Shown one piece after another: positions 1 through 8,352 of a DNA stretch of 42,816 bases (position 1 is the first letter of the stretch; every line of letters begins with the position of its first letter). A model generated the notes under the pieces. That model saw only the letters and a program-made list of their open reading frames with translations. It was not told the origin of the DNA and did no database searches. The position numbers and the translations under genes were made by a program. The DNA is from a virus (lineage: Duplodnaviria > Caudoviricetes): IMG/VR virus record IMGVR_UViG_3300033513_000022, positions 1-42,816 of that record; one strand, written 5' to 3'.

Positions 1-127
1 CGCCCCGCACTTGTAAAATCTCTGTGAGGGGTAGGTTTCGAGTGCCATGTTTGTTACCTCCTCCGGTCAATGCCGGTGATTTTCATTTATAGACTTCTCC
101 AATCGCCCCGGATGTGAGCGATGAATC
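1..127. repeat. Terminal direct repeat, identical to 42690-42816; assembly overlap of a circular or circularly permuted genome
   Basis: The first 127 nt match the last 127 nt exactly. The repeat covers the tail terminator/tail tube gene junction, and 127 is a common assembler k-mer. Confidence 0.95.
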
Positions 128-557
128 GCTGGTTGAAATAGCCGTACTTCTCGTCATGCTCTATTTCGAGCGCGTCGATGGTGACGACCGCGCCCAGGGC
201 CCCGAGAGACCCGGCGGCGACGCTCGATGTGTCCGCATCGATTGCCGTCCGCACGTCGCGGATGCACCGTTCGAGTTTCGTAGTCGTGTCGCCCGCCTCG
301 CCGTCGCACGCGCCCTTGATGATTATCGCCAAGTCCTCCGTAAACTGATGATTTATATTGGACTTAGGAGACCCCGGGGACGACTCGTACTCAACCATAT
401 AGAACGGGAACTTGAGAACTTCGCGCTCGTGGACGACCTGTTTCACGACATCGGCCGCCGTGTACCAATAGCCTTCGCCCTGGCGCATGGCCTTGAGGAC
501 GGTAACGACCCGCTCGATGATGAGGAGGCGTTTCGGTTCGGCTGACGGGAAACTCAT
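87..557 (-). CDS. Putative tail terminator / tail completion protein
   Basis: 156 aa; lies between the neck gene and the tail tube gene across the junction; ATGA overlap with the upstream gene. Confidence 0.65.
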   Translation of the reverse strand: MSFPSAEPKRLLIIERVVTVLKAMRQGEGYWYTAADVVKQVVHEREVLKFPFYMVEYESSPGSPKSNINHQFTEDLAIIIKGACDGEAGDTTTKLERCIRDVRTAIDADTSSVAAGSLGALGAVVTIDALEIEHDEKYGYFNQRFIAHIRGDWRSL

Positions 558-1168
558 GCGTTCTCTCCCATTACTCCGGCCATGTTCTCGGCGACTTGAT
601 AGATGAAGTCGGAGTCCATGTAGCGGTCAAGCTCGGGCAACTGCTCGAACATCGGGCGCGAGAACCAGCGCGTCGGCGGCAGGCGGACCCATTTGGTCAG
701 GAAGAACAAAGGGGTGATTCCGCCGCGCCGGGAATTCTCGCCGCCCCGAACCTTCTTCCAATTCTCCATGACGAGGAGCAGGTTGCCGGATTTCGTTCTG
801 ATGAAAAAAGAATGCCCTTTATAGTCCGCCGCCCTGCCCTTGACGCCGGGAAAGGGGATGGTCAGGTACTGCTTCGTGCGCGGGAAGATGTCTCCGCCTT
901 CATCCTGAATCTTCGCGTACTTGACATCGGTCATCTTGCTGACGTTCGTCCCCACGGTGAGAATGTTCCCGGCCATCTTCATGCCGACGGCCCGGGCGAG
1001 TTGTCCCGTCTTCCGGCCCCTTGAGCCCTTCATCCCGGCGGCCGAGCGTTTGAGTACAAGGACAGTCTCCGAGCCCCAACGTTGGAGGCACTTCCGGGCG
1101 GCTTGCGGCGTTTTTGCGAGCGTCGCCGTCTTTGCCAGAGCCCCGGACAGGTCGATCTTGATTTCCAT
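554..1168 (-). CDS. Putative neck / virion morphogenesis protein (HK97 gp10 or Mu gpG-like)
   Basis: Start reassigned to MEIKIDL (TAATG overlap). Motifs RKTGQLARAV, VGTN..VKYAKIQDEGG and VRLPPTRWF are typical of this family. Confidence 0.7.
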   Translation of the reverse strand: MEIKIDLSGALAKTATLAKTPQAARKCLQRWGSETVLVLKRSAAGMKGSRGRKTGQLARAVGMKMAGNILTVGTNVSKMTDVKYAKIQDEGGDIFPRTKQYLTIPFPGVKGRAADYKGHSFFIRTKSGNLLLVMENWKKVRGGENSRRGGITPLFFLTKWVRLPPTRWFSRPMFEQLPELDRYMDSDFIYQVAENMAGVMGENA

Positions 1169-2070
1169 TACAGGCTCATTCTCCGGTAGCGTTTTAGGAC
1201 CGCTTCGACGTCTGGAAGCAATCCCGGGTCGACGAGACTCACGCTTCCGCCGCCTCCGATCGAGCGCGAAGTCTCGCCCCACTCGCTGAGTTTGTTCGTC
1301 TGGTATTCATAAGCGCATTGCTTGAGGCATTTCAGGACGATATCGCCGGGGATGGTCGCGTAGCCGAGGAGGACGGACGTGATCTTGATCGTCTTCGGCC
1401 CCTTGAGCCAAACGCCCGTCGGCTCGTGCAGTTCCGGCCAGGTCGAGCCCACCTTGCGCAGATAGGCGTCCTCGTCCGAAGTGTAGAGAACGAAGTCCTC
1501 GTCAAGACCCTCAACGAGAAGCGTATCGTCCTCATAGACCCCGGTGAGTGTTGCGGCGGGCCAGTTCGGGAGGTTCAAGATATGCTCCCCGTTCCCATCG
1601 AGGTAGAGGTTCGCGTAGGTCGCCTGCTTGAGCGTTCGCCCGCAGAAGCGGTCAAACTCCGTGGAGACGCCGTTGATGATCGTCTCGATGAGGTTCTTGG
1701 AGATGGGTGTTTCGGACTTGACGTAGCCCAGGAAGTCGGCGACGGTGATGAGCGCGTTCGCGGCAAGGGTCGTCCTGTCCGCCGCCGCCGTGACCATGAC
1801 GTGACCGAGAGCGATGTTCTTCCCGCCGTCGGAGCGCGTGGCGACGATGAGGATGCTATAACCCCCTGCCGTGACCGCCGTCGCATCGCAGATGACGCCC
1901 GTGGAGTCGCTATTGAGAACAGGGTCCGCGACGGTGAGGCCCGCCGCCGGAGTGACCGTCTTCGTGGCCGAGGCGATGGTAACGCCCGTCGGCAGGTCAT
2001 CGCCGTGCCACTTGAACTCTAAGGGCCACTTGCCGCCGACCGGGATTTCCCATGCGCCTGTGAGTTCCAT
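1168..2070 (-). CDS. Head-tail connector (gp6-like) fused to an N-terminal fibre-adaptor-like beta domain
   Basis: The C-terminal two thirds carry ALITVADF..FDRFCGR..GYATIPGDI..VEAVLKRYRR, a head-tail connector pattern. The N-terminal ~95 aa are beta-rich (PLEFKW..GVTIASAT..TRSDG). Confidence 0.7.
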   Translation of the reverse strand: MELTGAWEIPVGGKWPLEFKWHGDDLPTGVTIASATKTVTPAAGLTVADPVLNSDSTGVICDATAVTAGGYSILIVATRSDGGKNIALGHVMVTAAADRTTLAANALITVADFLGYVKSETPISKNLIETIINGVSTEFDRFCGRTLKQATYANLYLDGNGEHILNLPNWPAATLTGVYEDDTLLVEGLDEDFVLYTSDEDAYLRKVGSTWPELHEPTGVWLKGPKTIKITSVLLGYATIPGDIVLKCLKQCAYEYQTNKLSEWGETSRSIGGGGSVSLVDPGLLPDVEAVLKRYRRMSL

Positions 2071-3392
2071 TAGCTTCTCCTGCGGTTGATATCGAAGACA
2101 CGCCTCCCCGAAGCCGTCGCCGTGCGCTTGCTCCCCTCGGCGAGAGCGGTCCTGTCAGCAGGCGTCGCAACAGCTGTGCGTTTGCTTTTCTCGGCAAGTG
2201 CCGTTCGGTCAATCGGCGTGGGCGATACCCTGTCCGTCTGCCATGCGCCCTTGACGCCGAACGCGGCAACGGAGCCTCCGCCCGTGATGGCGGCAGAACC
2301 TGAGTGTTCTTCGCCGACTGTCTGATGTCCCACGGCGACGAGTGAACCGCCGCCTGAGACAGAGGCGTTGCCCATCCCCTGCTTTGTCCCGACACCGACA
2401 AGGGAACCCGAGCCAGAGACGGCACCTGCCCCGGCCCCGCCTTTCGTGCCCGCGCCCGCGAGTGCGCCCCCGCCTGAGACCGAGGCCGCGTCCTGGCCGC
2501 CTTTGGAAGTCGCGGCCGTGACCGTCCCGTTGCCCGTGATGGCGGCGGCATCCTGGCCGCCCTTTGTGCCGACGGCTGTTATTACTCCCCCGCCGGATAT
2601 CGCCGCAGACCCGGACTTGTCGTAAGTTTCTTTCTCGCCGACGGCAACGATTGACCCGCCCCCGGAAATTGAGGCGATGTCGCTTGCACCCTTCTGACCG
2701 ATGGCCGCGACCGCGCCGTTCCCCGATATCGAGGCCAGCCCGAACATCGCCGCAACACCGAGTGCGACGACTGCGCCGAGGGCCGAGATAGCCGCACTTC
2801 CCTTCCCGCCCTTCTGCCCCACCGCGACTTGCGAGCCGTTCCCGGTTATCGCCGCCGAGCCGGAGTGCGCTTCCGACGTGTGATACTCAACCTCGATGGT
2901 GACGTAATCGACGTAGAGGTCACAGTCGTTCGCCGTGGCGATGAACCCGACCGCAACGCCGAAGTCCACGTCCTGAAGCATGGCCTGGGTCGGGGAAGCG
3001 GCCCAGGTGTCCGCCGCGCCTCCGAACGTGTAGACCGCCATCGTCGGCGTTGTCAGGGCAACGGGGGTAGAGGCTTTGTTGTCTCCGACGAGTGCGCCCG
3101 AAGCATCGACCAGCCGAACGTGGTCAATCGAGCCTGAGCCGTTGACATAGCAGGCGCAGACCCGGACGGTGATGCCGTCGATAATCGCCCCGGCAGGGAT
3201 TTCCGAGAAGTCGAAGTTTGAGGCGCGGAGAAGATACGAGCGGACGTTCAGGTCGAACGCCGGGGCGGTGATCTGAGCGTAGCTTGTATCGTCGGCGATG
3301 ATATTCCCAGGGTTCGTCCAAGTCTGGTCATCCCAGGGCGTGACAGACCACGCCGCCCCGGTCCCTGGGAAATGCGCCCCTGTCGTTGACAT
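2070..3392 (-). CDS. Gly/Ala-rich fibre protein with ~20-aa repeats
   Basis: About ten copies of SAAI(S/T)GxGxxxAxGxKGG, followed by C-terminal 9-aa (D/K)RTAxA repeats; globular N-terminal domain. Confidence 0.7.
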   Translation of the reverse strand: MSTTGAHFPGTGAAWSVTPWDDQTWTNPGNIIADDTSYAQITAPAFDLNVRSYLLRASNFDFSEIPAGAIIDGITVRVCACYVNGSGSIDHVRLVDASGALVGDNKASTPVALTTPTMAVYTFGGAADTWAASPTQAMLQDVDFGVAVGFIATANDCDLYVDYVTIEVEYHTSEAHSGSAAITGNGSQVAVGQKGGKGSAAISALGAVVALGVAAMFGLASISGNGAVAAIGQKGASDIASISGGGSIVAVGEKETYDKSGSAAISGGGVITAVGTKGGQDAAAITGNGTVTAATSKGGQDAASVSGGGALAGAGTKGGAGAGAVSGSGSLVGVGTKQGMGNASVSGGGSLVAVGHQTVGEEHSGSAAITGGGSVAAFGVKGAWQTDRVSPTPIDRTALAEKSKRTAVATPADRTALAEGSKRTATASGRRVFDINRRRS

Positions 3393-3397
3393 CTAGG

Positions 3398-4900
3398 TTA
3401 TCGGCTCCTCAAAGGGTGTGGATAGGCGTAGGGCGCGTAGGCCGGAGGCGCGGACAGGAAGTAGTCCCGCCCGAGCTGGACGAGCGTTCCTGTGTTCGCG
3501 CATCCCGAGAAGTTCGGCGTGACGGCGGCCCCGGCTTGCGTGTTGCCCCAAATGTAAAGTTTCGCCTCGTCCGTCGACTGCCGCGTCCCCCAACCCGTAT
3601 CGAGTCCCGCGCCTATCTGATCTTGTGCGGGGTAGGCGGTCGTGTTCGCGCTAGGCCAGGGATTCGTGCATGAGGTGAGGCACGTCGTCTCGTTGTCGAA
3701 TTGGATGACGGTCGGGTAACCCGCCGAGAAAGTGTTGTTGTAGACGACCCCATTCGTCGAGCGGAGGAACAGGCCACACCAATACTGCCCGCCCTGAAGG
3801 TCGAACGTGTTCTCGTAAATCTCGGTCCAGCGCGGGTTCCGATAGCCGGGCGTGCAACCGCTGTGCGTTTCGAGGCCGTTGATGCCCGTGACCTTGTTGT
3901 GCCTAAAGACGACTCTCGCGCCCCCGCGCATGTTGAAGAAGATGCTGGCCGTCGCGTTCGTGATAGTGCAGTCCTCGAAGTAGACGGCAGCTGGCCCGCC
4001 CGGTGTTACGGGCTGTTGCCATGAGTAGCCGCCGGGATAGGGCATCGGCGCGGTCGTGTCGAACGGGCGAATCTGGGCGTCAATCCAAAGTGTGCGCTGG
4101 CAGTTCGTAAAGGTGCAGTTGTCGAAGACGCCGAACGTATAGCCGAGGACATCAATCTCCGTCCCAAGGACGCCGTTCTTCCACTCGCAATGGTCAACGC
4201 GCCAATCCGTCGCGCCTATCGTCTGGTAGTTGATGCGGAGCGACGGCGCCGGGCAACTATCGAACGAGAAGCCCGAAACGCGGACGGGGGAATTCGCCTC
4301 CCGCGTGTCAAGGAAAAGATAGTATCCGCCGGAGAGGTTGATGTTCGTCGCGCCGACCCCCGCCCCGATAAGGCTGATTCCCTTCGTCGCTGGAACCGTG
4401 ACGTTCGATGTCCAGACGGCGTTTCCGGCCGGAACCTCAACCGTTTCGCCGTCGAGGGCCAGGTCTATCGCGGCCTGGATATCGACGGACGACGCGCTCT
4501 CCGCCCTGACCGTGTTAAAAGGGGGCTGGTCAGCTACCTCCGTAGCCGTGAGCGTTCCGTTGTAGGTGCCGACCGCGAGAAGCGCCGTGTTGATGGTGAG
4601 CGTTGCCGATGCCCCCGCCGCAATCGGGTTCGCGCTGAAGGTGTAACTGCCCTCTGCGAACCCGGCCAGGGTCAGGGTCAGGTTCCCGACATAGCCGCCC
4701 GTAGCCTGGGTCGTGACGGTGAATTCCGCTACCTTGCCAAGCGTCGCTTCCTGTGTCGCCGGGGTCACGGCCAGCGTCCAATCCGGGGACGCCGTGACGG
4801 TCAGGCTGAACGTCGCTTGCTTCGGCGAAATCTGGCCGACGGCGAAGACGACGAGTCCCGCGATGGCGAGAAAGCCGAGGAGCTTTGATAGTTTTCTCAT
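3398..4900 (-). CDS. Signal-peptide-bearing protein with Ig-like and right-handed beta-helix (pectin lyase-like) domains
   Basis: AAGGAG precedes ATG 4900. N-terminus MRKLSKLLGFLAIAGLVVFAVG; Thr-rich Ig-like segment; DIQAAIDLALDGETVEVPAG and repeated DHC/DNC/EDC/ENTF/NNTF turns. Confidence 0.75.
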   Translation of the reverse strand: MRKLSKLLGFLAIAGLVVFAVGQISPKQATFSLTVTASPDWTLAVTPATQEATLGKVAEFTVTTQATGGYVGNLTLTLAGFAEGSYTFSANPIAAGASATLTINTALLAVGTYNGTLTATEVADQPPFNTVRAESASSVDIQAAIDLALDGETVEVPAGNAVWTSNVTVPATKGISLIGAGVGATNINLSGGYYLFLDTREANSPVRVSGFSFDSCPAPSLRINYQTIGATDWRVDHCEWKNGVLGTEIDVLGYTFGVFDNCTFTNCQRTLWIDAQIRPFDTTAPMPYPGGYSWQQPVTPGGPAAVYFEDCTITNATASIFFNMRGGARVVFRHNKVTGINGLETHSGCTPGYRNPRWTEIYENTFDLQGGQYWCGLFLRSTNGVVYNNTFSAGYPTVIQFDNETTCLTSCTNPWPSANTTAYPAQDQIGAGLDTGWGTRQSTDEAKLYIWGNTQAGAAVTPNFSGCANTGTLVQLGRDYFLSAPPAYAPYAYPHPLRSR

Positions 4901-4911
4901 GCGTGTCTCCT

Positions 4912-5265
4912 TTAGGTGTTGAGGTCCAAGTCCATGTCGGTCAGGGTGTACGTCCCCTGTGCGGCGAAGACTTCCTCCGTGACGACATCGGAGCCGTACC
5001 ACGTGCCGCCCGACTCGGCCGACCAGAGGCCGACGTAGTTGACGTGGGTTCCAGCGGGGACGTCGAACACGGGGGCATTGGAGTCGTCCATCGCGCCGGA
5101 CGCGGCCGCGTTCCAGGTGATGGCCTTGCGGACATAGGCCGGGGTTCCGCCCGTGACCTCGCTGGCCCCGGTGTCGCCGGGGTCGGCGGTATGGAGCGAC
5201 GCAAAGACCGCCTCGGTCCCGAGGTGGTCAAGCATCGAGTTTTTAGCCGCTGTGCTGTAGGGCAT
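4912..5265 (-). CDS. Small structural fibre-associated protein
   Basis: SLHTADPGDTGASEVTGG..YVRKAITW..GLWSAESGGTW is a conserved phage fibre-module pattern. Confidence 0.7.
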   Translation of the reverse strand: MPYSTAAKNSMLDHLGTEAVFASLHTADPGDTGASEVTGGTPAYVRKAITWNAAASGAMDDSNAPVFDVPAGTHVNYVGLWSAESGGTWYGSDVVTEEVFAAQGTYTLTDMDLDLNT

Positions 5266-5274
5266 TGAAGCCTC

Positions 5275-5499
5275 CTATTTCGTTTCCGGGGCGCGGTCGA
5301 GCATCTTGTCCTGTTCGGCCAAACCGTCCTCAATCCAACGTGTGCCAACGTGCGCGGGAACGGTGACAACCCGCCCGGGTTTCATAAACCCCCAGGCGGT
5401 GAACGCCCGCCTGAGCATTCGCACGCGCACGATAGGCGGGGAAAGGACGGAGGCCCCGAGGGGGGCCTCCTCCATGTGTTGCTGTTGCTTCTTCCTCAT
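5275..5499 (-). CDS. Hypothetical head-associated protein
   Basis: 74 aa between the decoration and fibre genes; PG..V.VP.....RWIEDGLAE pattern seen in small post-capsid genes. Confidence 0.55.
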   Translation of the reverse strand: MRKKQQQHMEEAPLGASVLSPPIVRVRMLRRAFTAWGFMKPGRVVTVPAHVGTRWIEDGLAEQDKMLDRAPETK

Positions 5500-5507
5500 G
5501 TCCTGCG

Positions 5508-6299
5508 TCAGGGAGCGAGTTGGAGCTGGTAGAACTGGTCTCCGCCGGAGGTAGTGTTGGGCAGAAGGTAGCCGGCCCTCTGCATCCCGAGCGTGGCGGC
5601 GAGACCGTTGATGAGTGCCCCGTCTGAGTTGAAGTAGATGTCGCGGTCATTGGCGGCCGCGCCAGGGATGGCGCTCATGGCCGTTCCGAAGCACGGGCCC
5701 CAGGTCTGAATCCAGAAGTAGTAATTGGCCGTGACGGGGATGAGTGGCACCCCGACCATTGTCATCTTGTTCGTGGTTGTGAACGAGACGCACGCGTAGG
5801 GGTTGCGGTGGATGGTGACCCAGGTCGAGGCGGGGATGGTGAACGGGAGCGGGTCGTAGAGGGTGATGTGGACGTGATTGTCGGCGGCCTCGGCAGCGTC
5901 CGAGTCCTTGACCTTCAAGAACTGGTAGACGCCGCTGACGAGGTTCATGACCCAGACGTAGCCGTTCTGATAGTAGTGCGCGGCCCGCGTGTCCGTGTCC
6001 TCGATGCGGATCTTGCCCGTGTAGCCGGCGGCATACGCCTCGGCATAGGTGTTGACGGAGCACTCGACCGAGTCATTGTGACCCGCTTTCATGGCCGTGG
6101 TTGCGCCGACAGCGGCGGCCTGGGCGTAGTAGAATGTCCGGTCCTGGATCTGGAGCCGGGTGCCGATGGGGAAGTTTTGGGTCAGACTCTGCTCGTAGAG
6201 TCCCTGCCAAACTCCGCCCGCCATGAGTCCATCCGAGAGGACATGGCTTGAGAGGAGGCCGTCAGCGTTGTAATCGGGATAATAGTGTCCGGTAGGCAT
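5508..6299 (-). CDS. Putative capsid decoration/cement protein
   Basis: Directly downstream of the major capsid gene; AGGAG RBS; PIGTR..DRTFYYA..YYFWIQTWGP. Confidence 0.6.
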   Translation of the reverse strand: MPTGHYYPDYNADGLLSSHVLSDGLMAGGVWQGLYEQSLTQNFPIGTRLQIQDRTFYYAQAAAVGATTAMKAGHNDSVECSVNTYAEAYAAGYTGKIRIEDTDTRAAHYYQNGYVWVMNLVSGVYQFLKVKDSDAAEAADNHVHITLYDPLPFTIPASTWVTIHRNPYACVSFTTTNKMTMVGVPLIPVTANYYFWIQTWGPCFGTAMSAIPGAAANDRDIYFNSDGALINGLAATLGMQRAGYLLPNTTSGGDQFYQLQLAP

Positions 6300-6314
6300 G
6301 TCATTTCTCCTTCA

Positions 6315-7475
6315 TCAAGGCTCGATGAGGATTCTGATGGCGTCCGGCCAGACGACCCCAGCGGTCAGTCTGCGCGTCGCCAGGAACCCGATGAGTCCCG
6401 ATGTGATGTAAAGTTCGTTGAGTTGCTTGAGCGTCATGCCTTCCCGGTCGATGATCTGGTAGCCGTACTTGAAGTTGCCGAACGCGGCGATCTTCTGGAG
6501 CGTGCCGTCGCCGTGCTGGGCGATGGAGTCGCAGTTGTAGACAGGATACCCGCACAGGCGATTCGGCTGGTCGGCGATGAGCGAGGGTTGCCACATGAAT
6601 CCGGCGAAGTGGGTCGCGTCGTAGGCGAATTCCCTGAGCAACTGGAGTTCGAGTTCTGTATTCGTGTGCATCAGGAAGGACGCGCCGTTGCGGTACTGAG
6701 CGGGCAGGGCGGCGATGAGGTGCTTGATATCCTCGAAAATGATGGCACCGGCCGCGGTGAGCGCGTGCGTGGGTACCGCCCCGACGACCGAGAAGATTCC
6801 GGCCGGCTGCTGGACGGCATGACCGACGCCGATGGCGAAGGCGGTTTCCTCGGCATTCGCCATGCGGACGAGGAAGTCCTGGGCGATGTAGGCCGAGAGG
6901 TTGATGTCCGTATCCGCGAGTTCGTCGACGCCGACCTGAACGAGACCGTTCAAGTCCTCGACGTACATGTAGGCTTCGGACGGGACAAGCGTGGTGTTGG
7001 GAACGGCCGCGCCGAGTTCGAGCTTGCCCCACGCGACGGCGGTGTTGGTCATCGTCCTGCCGCGAACGCGGTCACGAGTGGTCGTGCGGACTGATGCCAG
7101 GGGCCGGATGACGTTTAGTTGGGGAAGGCCCTCGCGGATCGTCGATTCCAACTCCTCGGGGAGGAGGATGCGGCCCGTCGCGTCGCTGACCAGGGCCTTG
7201 CGCTCGACTTCCTGGCCCCGGAACCATTTAAAGAAGTTCTTCGTGTAAACGGGGTCGACCGCTTTGGGGATGTCGCCCTTCTCGACCTTGATGACGGGCT
7301 TTTTGAGTTCCGCCAGGGCGTCGATGATCTCCTTCTGGTCCTTGATGATCTTGTCGGTGAGTTCTTTGACCTCGGAGGCCGGGGCGCACGCCTTGATCTT
7401 GGCGTCGACCTCGGTCCTCAAGGTCTGGGTGAGCGTGTTAAGCTCGTCCTTGAGTACCTGTTTCTCGTCAGGCAT
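6315..7475 (-). CDS. Major capsid protein, HK97 fold, with N-terminal coiled-coil (delta) domain
   Basis: G.ILLPEE, AWGKLE, EETAFAIGVG..QP.GIF, RLCGYPV, AFGNFKYGYQIIDR and IGFLATRR motifs. Confidence 0.95.
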   Translation of the reverse strand: MPDEKQVLKDELNTLTQTLRTEVDAKIKACAPASEVKELTDKIIKDQKEIIDALAELKKPVIKVEKGDIPKAVDPVYTKNFFKWFRGQEVERKALVSDATGRILLPEELESTIREGLPQLNVIRPLASVRTTTRDRVRGRTMTNTAVAWGKLELGAAVPNTTLVPSEAYMYVEDLNGLVQVGVDELADTDINLSAYIAQDFLVRMANAEETAFAIGVGHAVQQPAGIFSVVGAVPTHALTAAGAIIFEDIKHLIAALPAQYRNGASFLMHTNTELELQLLREFAYDATHFAGFMWQPSLIADQPNRLCGYPVYNCDSIAQHGDGTLQKIAAFGNFKYGYQIIDREGMTLKQLNELYITSGLIGFLATRRLTAGVVWPDAIRILIEP

Positions 7476-8343
7476 TTTTACCTCTTTCGATGGATTCGCG
7501 GAATTCCTTGACGACCTCCGCGTAGGTCTTGAACGAGTGGTCTACGACCGGCTCGTCTATCTTTTGCGGCTTCCCGTCCTGAGTGGGTTCCCCCGGCTCT
7601 TCGAGAAGTGCACCACATGTCGCGCATTTGCCCGTGGCCGCCTCGAACTTCCCGCCGTGGGATTTGCAATGCGCTCTTGCTTCGGCGGCGGTCCAGGCAT
7701 CCTTCGGGTAGAGATAGGAATGGTCTCCCGTCTTGCCGTCCTCGTCCTTGCCGATGCGGACGGTGTATTCCTTGCCCTCATGCTTCCGCGTCTGCGAACC
7801 GACGACCTTGAGCGATTCGTCGATAAGGCAGGCGTGGTTGTTGGGGTAGGGTTTGAGTTCCAAGTCGTCGGACTTCACGTCGGCGATGACCGCGCCCGGG
7901 CAGGCTTGGAACAGGCAGACGGAGATTTCCCAAAGTTTGATTTCCTTGAGAATGCGCGTCCCGTTCTCCCGGTCCACGTCCTCCTTCATGGTCTGATAGC
8001 CGATGGAGAGTCCCATCGGGATTCCGGCCTCAAGTGCGGCCTTCATGTGCGAGCGAACTTCCTTGCCGCGTTGAATGTCCGTGTTCAATTTGCCCGTGAC
8101 CGCAAACCCCGTCTTGTCTTCCTTGCCGCGGATGATGCCAATGGGCTCCGTGATGAGATGGCTCCAGAGCATGTGAAAGGCGGGGTTGTCGCGGAGCGTC
8201 TTCCTGAACGCGCCCCGGGCAACGCTGTCGCCATAACTGTCAACGACATCGAATATCGAGGCGTAGCCCTCGAACGTCCCCTCTGTCTCGTCCATCTTGG
8301 TCAGGATGAAGGGGAATTCTTTGGTCTCTAACTTTTTAGCCAT
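7468..8343 (-). CDS. HK97-family prohead protease with a C-terminal extension
   Basis: EGTFEGYASIFDVVDSYGD, MLWSH, GLSIGY and LWEISVC motifs. Confidence 0.95.
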   Translation of the reverse strand: MAKKLETKEFPFILTKMDETEGTFEGYASIFDVVDSYGDSVARGAFRKTLRDNPAFHMLWSHLITEPIGIIRGKEDKTGFAVTGKLNTDIQRGKEVRSHMKAALEAGIPMGLSIGYQTMKEDVDRENGTRILKEIKLWEISVCLFQACPGAVIADVKSDDLELKPYPNNHACLIDESLKVVGSQTRKHEGKEYTVRIGKDEDGKTGDHSYLYPKDAWTAAEARAHCKSHGGKFEAATGKCATCGALLEEPGEPTQDGKPQKIDEPVVDHSFKTYAEVVKEFRESIERGKNA

Positions 8344-8352
8344 GTTGGTCTC

